A stretch of DNA of 2,771 nucleotides from a virus (lineage: Duplodnaviria > Heunggongvirae > Uroviricota > Caudoviricetes): positions 1 to 2,771 of the IMG/VR virus record IMGVR_UViG_2548876700_000022; one strand, written 5' to 3'. Below are positions 1-2,771 of this stretch, in pieces. The notes below the pieces were generated by a model. That model was not told where the DNA came from. It did not search any database and saw only the letters and a program-made list of their open reading frames with translations. Numbering within the stretch: the first letter of the stretch is position 1; each line of letters begins with the position of its first letter. The position numbers were made by a program, and so were the translations under genes.

Positions 1-267
1 ATGCGCAGAAAAGAGTCAAACGTTAGCAGTTTGCTGGAACTCACCAATTTTGAGGTAAGCTATTCTCTGGTTACCAATGAAGTTTACTTGTCTGCATCCT
101 TCACTGATAACATGGCCTGTATACCAAACTGGCCCTTACAAGAATTTCCGGATCAACTAATATGCATTTCTCGAGCAAAAGCTGTTGCCCTAATCGAAGA
201 GCTCCAGAAGACCATCAACTATATGGATGCAGGAATAGATCGAAGTTCAGGTAGCCTTCTCCAGTAG
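1..267 (+). CDS. hypothetical protein; possibly the 3' portion of a longer ORF entering from upstream of the window
   Basis: Open frame from window position 1 to TAG at 265-267 (88 codons). Same strand as, and 58 bp upstream of, the 326-973 gene, so it may be co-transcribed. Moderately AT-rich. No recognisable motif. The ATG at position 1 may be coincidental, since the frame may continue upstream. Confidence 0.35.
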   Translation: MRRKESNVSSLLELTNFEVSYSLVTNEVYLSASFTDNMACIPNWPLQEFPDQLICISRAKAVALIEELQKTINYMDAGIDRSSGSLLQ

Positions 268-325
268 CTGACGAGTTTTATAATAATTTGATATATATAT
301 CGTTCAATATTAGCGAGTACTTATA

Positions 326-973
326 ATGAGTGAATTTAGTAATCTTTTAAATAGCATACCTGGATGGTTATCCTCCTCCCTCACAGCTCTAGTTGGTACT
401 CTTATTGGCGGATGGTTTACCCTAAAAGGAGTGACCCAACAAGCTAAGCTGTCTAAAGTAGAGACAGAAAGAGAATCCCTTGAATTACAACTTTCAGTAT
501 TAAAAGGAGTTAAGGGAGAAGTTTTCACCCTAATCAATTTATATAATAAAAGGATGAAAACACACATTGATAATATAAAACCGGGACAAATGTTGATTCT
601 CACATTCCCTGTAGGGGATGATAATTTCACATTCTATGAGCAAAATGCGAATGTCATTGCAAAACTAAATGATTCTGCTAGAGACTCAATAATTAACATA
701 TACACATATTCACGCTCATTAATACAATCATTTAAAGGAAACAACAAACTCATTGAGGATTATGAAAAAATCCTTATTGGCATGGCAGACAATAACAAAG
801 ATAAAACCATGTATAAGAGATTACATGATGCAAAAATAAATGTAATGGTAGATTATGCTCAAGGGATAAAAAATATTGATGCAGAGCTAAGAGATGCAGT
901 CAATAAGGGATTCGACATTATCGACCAAGAAGTAAAGTCACTACAAATGAAATTAAACAAATTAGCTTCATAG
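326..973 (+). CDS. hypothetical membrane-anchored protein (single N-terminal TM helix plus helical/coiled-coil region); AT-rich cargo gene and candidate phage-exclusion/defence effector
   Basis: 648-nt ORF with ATG at 326 and TAG at 971-973. Residues about 11-33 (IPGWLSSSLTALVGTLIGGWFTL) form a hydrophobic helix. The rest is hydrophilic and rich in K/E/D/N with heptad-like spacing. The gene is very AT-rich and uses rare ATA/AAA/AAT codons, contrasting with the adjacent invertase. Weak SD-like GAGT about 8 nt upstream. Function is unknown from sequence alone. Confidence 0.7.
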   Translation: MSEFSNLLNSIPGWLSSSLTALVGTLIGGWFTLKGVTQQAKLSKVETERESLELQLSVLKGVKGEVFTLINLYNKRMKTHIDNIKPGQMLILTFPVGDDNFTFYEQNANVIAKLNDSARDSIINIYTYSRSLIQSFKGNNKLIEDYEKILIGMADNNKDKTMYKRLHDAKINVMVDYAQGIKNIDAELRDAVNKGFDIIDQEVKSLQMKLNKLAS

Positions 974-1022
974 AATGCTCCACTCCCTGTTCAATATTTT
1001 TACAAGCTTATCAGCCAACCGC

Positions 1023-1047
1023 AGCACGTTCTTGCATACGACGTGCT
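1023..1047. terminator. putative bidirectional intrinsic terminator hairpin between convergent genes
   Basis: AGCACGT (1023-1029) and ACGTGCT (1041-1047) are exact reverse complements, forming a 7-bp stem with an 11-nt loop. It is followed on the + strand by a T-containing tract (GGTTTCATTTAT). It sits in the 80-bp gap between the stop of the 326-973 gene and the stop of the invertase gene. Confidence 0.35.
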
Positions 1048-1053
1048 ACGGTT

Positions 1054-1608
1054 TCATTTATCTCCGACCGGAAACTTCTTATACAGTGTCGATATACCAA
1101 CATCATAGATGATCGCCACCTTCTGGCGAGGAACGCCTGATGCAATTAATCGTCCGGCCTGCTCCCATTGTTCTGGTGTAAGTTTGGGGCGACGTCCACC
1201 AATTCGTCCCTGTGCGCGAGCTGCTTCCAGTCCAGCTTTTGTTCGTTCAACAATCAGTTCACGCTCCATTTCAGCCAGGGCACCCATCACATGAAAGAAA
1301 AAGCGCCCCATTGGGGTACTGGTATCAATTGAATCCGTCAGACTACGAAAGTTGATGCCTCGTTCGCGCAACTCCTCCACCAGCACGACAAGATGCCGCA
1401 TACTGCGCCCCAGTCGGTCCAGTTTCCAGACCACCAGCGTGTCACCTGCCGATAATGTCCTGAGCAGCTTTTTCAGTCCTGGTCTGTCGGACTTTGTACC
1501 GCTTATCTTGTCTTCAAAAATCAGCTCACATCCTGCACAGTTCAGCGCATTACGTTGTAGATCGGTATTCTGGTCATTTGTTGATACACGTACATAGCCA
1601 ATAAGCAT
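1054..1608 (-). CDS. pin: serine recombinase, Gin/Pin/Cin/Hin-family DNA invertase
   Basis: Translation MLIGYVRVSTNDQNTDLQRNAL...DTLVVWKLDRLGRS...MGRFFFHVMGALAEMERELIVERT...GRIGGRRPKLT...IYDVGISTLYKKF has the hallmark small serine recombinase catalytic domain (Ser9 in YVRVST, codon at 1582-1584) and a C-terminal HTH. At 184 aa it matches the family size. I place the start at the ATG at 1606-1608 (MLIGY), preceded by a GGGGA SD-like sequence, rather than the ORF-track ATG at 1642-1644. The 12-codon extension MASFLLLPGEFN has no SD and is absent from family members as I recall them. The pin symbol is from memory of e14 Pin and is not verified. Confidence 0.93.
   Translation of the reverse strand: MLIGYVRVSTNDQNTDLQRNALNCAGCELIFEDKISGTKSDRPGLKKLLRTLSAGDTLVVWKLDRLGRSMRHLVVLVEELRERGINFRSLTDSIDTSTPMGRFFFHVMGALAEMERELIVERTKAGLEAARAQGRIGGRRPKLTPEQWEQAGRLIASGVPRQKVAIIYDVGISTLYKKFPVGDK
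1515..1590. promoter_or_regulatory. putative Fis-dependent recombinational enhancer embedded in the 5' coding region of the invertase gene
   Basis: In the Hin, Gin and Cin systems the Fis-bound enhancer lies within the first roughly 100 bp of the invertase coding sequence. The corresponding region here encodes VSTNDQNTDLQRNALNCAGCEL. Exact Fis sites are not determinable by eye, so the bounds are approximate. Confidence 0.35.
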
Positions 1609-1634
1609 GTTAAATTCCCCTGGTAAAAGCAGGA

Positions 1635-2033
1635 ATGATGCCATTTGCTTGTTATTTCTTCATTTTCATAAACGTTGGTTTGGGAGAAGCGGCGAAAAGG
1701 GATGTGGGCACAGGAGATAATCAGATACCGGATATGGGAGCATTCGCTTCTGGTTCGGGATGGTTCAGGCTACCAGGTGGATATATTGTTCAGTTTGGCA
1801 CTTTTGCAGGAAACACGACCCGCTTTATCAGTGGACACTTCCCTATACCATTCCCTAATCAGCCGATGGTTTCAGTCAGTGTTATGTCTGATGCCGTTCA
1901 GTCAGACCCGTCGATTCCTGCCCCGCAGGTTTTGTCTGTAAATTTTGAACATATCAGTAATTCAGCGTGGCGTGTGGCAACCAGTGATATCTCACAGCAA
2001 TACAGATTCAGTTATATTTCGATAGGACGGTAG
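1635..2033 (+). CDS. side tail fibre protein, variable C-terminal receptor-binding segment (Stf/S-variable part); gene segment without its own start
   Basis: Open frame ending at TAG 2031-2033, 2 bp before the tfa start codon, which is the typical coupled Stf-Tfa arrangement. The functional coding part most likely begins at the crossover site (about 1663-1677) and is fused to a constant N-terminal part only after inversion. The ATG at 1635 from the ORF track falls in the invertase promoter region and is probably not a real start. The sequence is Gly/Ser/Thr-rich (GAFASGSGWFRLPGGYIVQFGTFAGNTTRF), consistent with fibre-tip domains. Confidence 0.6.
   Translation: MMPFACYFFIFINVGLGEAAKRDVGTGDNQIPDMGAFASGSGWFRLPGGYIVQFGTFAGNTTRFISGHFPIPFPNQPMVSVSVMSDAVQSDPSIPAPQVLSVNFEHISNSAWRVATSDISQQYRFSYISIGR
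1663..1688. other. site-specific recombination crossover site (gix/pix/cix-like), left boundary of the invertible tail-fibre segment
   Basis: TTTTCATAAACG-TT-GGTTTGGGAGAA is a 12-2-12 imperfect inverted repeat, with 8 of 12 positions palindromic around a central TT. It contains the AAAC..GGTTT core typical of Gin-family crossover sites. It lies about 55 bp from the invertase start codon and inside the tail-fibre reading frame, where it encodes FINVGLGE, as is typical for Mu G, P1 C and e14 P segments. Confidence 0.65.
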
Positions 2034-2035
2034 AA

Positions 2036-2476
2036 ATGCAGAAATATATTTTCAGTGCCGATAAAAATGCGTTTTTCCCTGTGGAGCTTAAAATCGCTTA
2101 TCAGGAATCCGGCGAATGGCCCGATGATGGAATCGAAATTGACGACACTGTTGCTGCCGAATTTATGAAGGAAGCACCAGAAGGAAAATACAGAGGTGTC
2201 ATCGACGGAATGCCTGCATGGATTGATATTCCACCGCCAACTCATGAGGAACAAATTGCCGCAGCCGAACTGAAAAAGCAGCAATTGATTAATCAGGTCA
2301 ACGAATACATAAACAGTAAGCAATGGCCTGGTAAAGCGGCGATTGGTCGCCTGAAAGGTGAGGAACTGGTGCAATATAATTTGTGGCTGGATTATCTGGA
2401 CGCACTGGAGCTGATCGATACTTCCGGTGCGCCAGATATTGAATGGCCTACGCCTCCGGCAGTTCAGGCCAGATGA
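2036..2476 (+). CDS. tail fibre assembly protein (Tfa/U family chaperone)
   Basis: 146-aa ORF with an AGGA SD-like sequence 8 nt upstream of the ATG at 2036. It follows the fibre segment immediately. The C-terminus LWLDYLDALELIDTSGAPDIEWPTPP matches the conserved C-terminal motif of Tfa-type chaperones and resembles the C-terminus of the convergent ORF at 2448-2771. Confidence 0.85.
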   Translation: MQKYIFSADKNAFFPVELKIAYQESGEWPDDGIEIDDTVAAEFMKEAPEGKYRGVIDGMPAWIDIPPPTHEEQIAAAELKKQQLINQVNEYINSKQWPGKAAIGRLKGEELVQYNLWLDYLDALELIDTSGAPDIEWPTPPAVQAR

Positions 2477-2771
2477 CGTCCGGCGCTGTGCTGGTATCTG
2501 TTGCCGTCACCGCGTCAATATAATCCAGCACAGCGTTAAGTCGGGTGTTTTCTGGCTGCGTCAGCTTCCGCCCGGCCTGTAATTTCAGTTGAATCAGACT
2601 GATGGAAGCCATTGCAGCATCAATCAGCGACTGGCGCTTTACTTCTGCCGCGTCTAGTGCGGCGCTATGCTGTGCCTCGGTATCCGTCACCCATTTCTCA
2701 CCATCCCATTTATCGTATGGCGTTAATGGGGCGATAGTGGTTGTATTTTCAGGGTAATCACCCGGAACTGT
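2448..2771 (-). CDS. alternative tail fibre assembly protein (Tfa'/U' family), partial; 5' end lies beyond the window
   Basis: The - strand frame is open from the window edge (2771) to the stop at 2448-2450. The translation ...YDKWDGEKWVTDTEAQHSAALDAAEVKRQSLIDAAMASISLIQLKLQAGRKLTQPENTRLNAVLDYIDAVTATDTSTAPDVIWPELPEA has the typical Tfa N-terminal DGEKWV motif and the shared C-terminal LDYIDA...TS.APD..WP motif. The ORF-track start at 2690 is a GTG and is internal; the true start is upstream of the window. Confidence 0.8.
   Translation of the reverse strand, partial: TVPGDYPENTTTIAPLTPYDKWDGEKWVTDTEAQHSAALDAAEVKRQSLIDAAMASISLIQLKLQAGRKLTQPENTRLNAVLDYIDAVTATDTSTAPDVIWPELPEA

Noticed and set aside
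291-300. (AT)5 dinucleotide run
   Set aside because: It is too short to call a phase-variable simple-sequence repeat. It is probably just part of the AT-rich promoter region and is noted only as context.
322-327. Perfect TATAAT hexamer
   Set aside because: It overlaps the ATG start codon of the 326-973 gene, so it cannot serve as that gene's -10 element. It is likely coincidental in AT-rich sequence.
310-630. 106-aa ORF on the - strand
   Set aside because: It lies entirely antisense within the better-supported 326-973 + strand gene, has no recognisable motif, and is most likely a shadow ORF in AT-rich DNA.
1109-1597. Two + strand ORFs (1109-1294 and 1352-1597) antisense to the invertase gene
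   Set aside because: Both are embedded in the strongly supported pin coding sequence. Their products are low-complexity and Arg/Ser/Pro-rich, typical of antisense frames of a GC-balanced gene.
1609-1644. N-terminal extension of the invertase ORF to the ATG at 1642-1644 (MASFLLLPGEFN)
   Set aside because: Family members begin at MLIGY as I recall, the ATG at 1606-1608 has a GGGGA SD-like sequence upstream, and the extension would run through the presumed promoter region.
1675-1941. 88-aa + strand ORF in an alternative frame
   Set aside because: It overlaps the tail-fibre variable segment frame, which is better supported by its coupling to tfa and its fibre-like composition.
2012-2374. 120-aa - strand ORF
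   Set aside because: It is antisense to the well-supported tfa gene at 2036-2476, with no SD or motif; a shadow ORF.
1-2771. CRISPR arrays, tRNA or rRNA genes, IS-element terminal inverted repeats
   Set aside because: No regularly spaced direct repeats, tRNA-like structures or transposase ORFs were seen on either strand. The only mobile-DNA signature is the invertase and crossover site of the inversion system.

Overview
This window appears to be the end of an e14/Mu/P1-type prophage tail-fibre inversion module with an AT-rich cargo locus beside it. (1) Positions 1-973 carry two + strand ORFs of unknown function in markedly AT-rich DNA: a possibly truncated ORF at 1-267 and a 215-aa protein at 326-973 with one N-terminal transmembrane helix followed by a long helical, coiled-coil-like region. 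This is the best candidate for an undescribed accessory or phage-defence function. It lies immediately downstream of the invertase, the position occupied by mcrA in the E. coli K-12 e14 element as I recall it. (2) Positions 1054-1608 (- strand) encode a Gin/Pin/Cin/Hin-family serine DNA invertase, most similar from memory to e14 Pin. (3) A gix/pix-like crossover site at 1663-1688 opens the invertible segment. It is followed by a side-tail-fibre variable C-terminal segment (to 2033, + strand), a tail-fibre assembly gene (2036-2476, +), and a convergent alternative tail-fibre assembly gene (2448-2771, -, 5' end beyond the window). The second crossover site and the constant tail-fibre N-terminal part must lie to the right of the window. 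No rRNA, tRNA or CRISPR array is evident. All homology statements rest on recognising protein motifs by eye; no database search was run.
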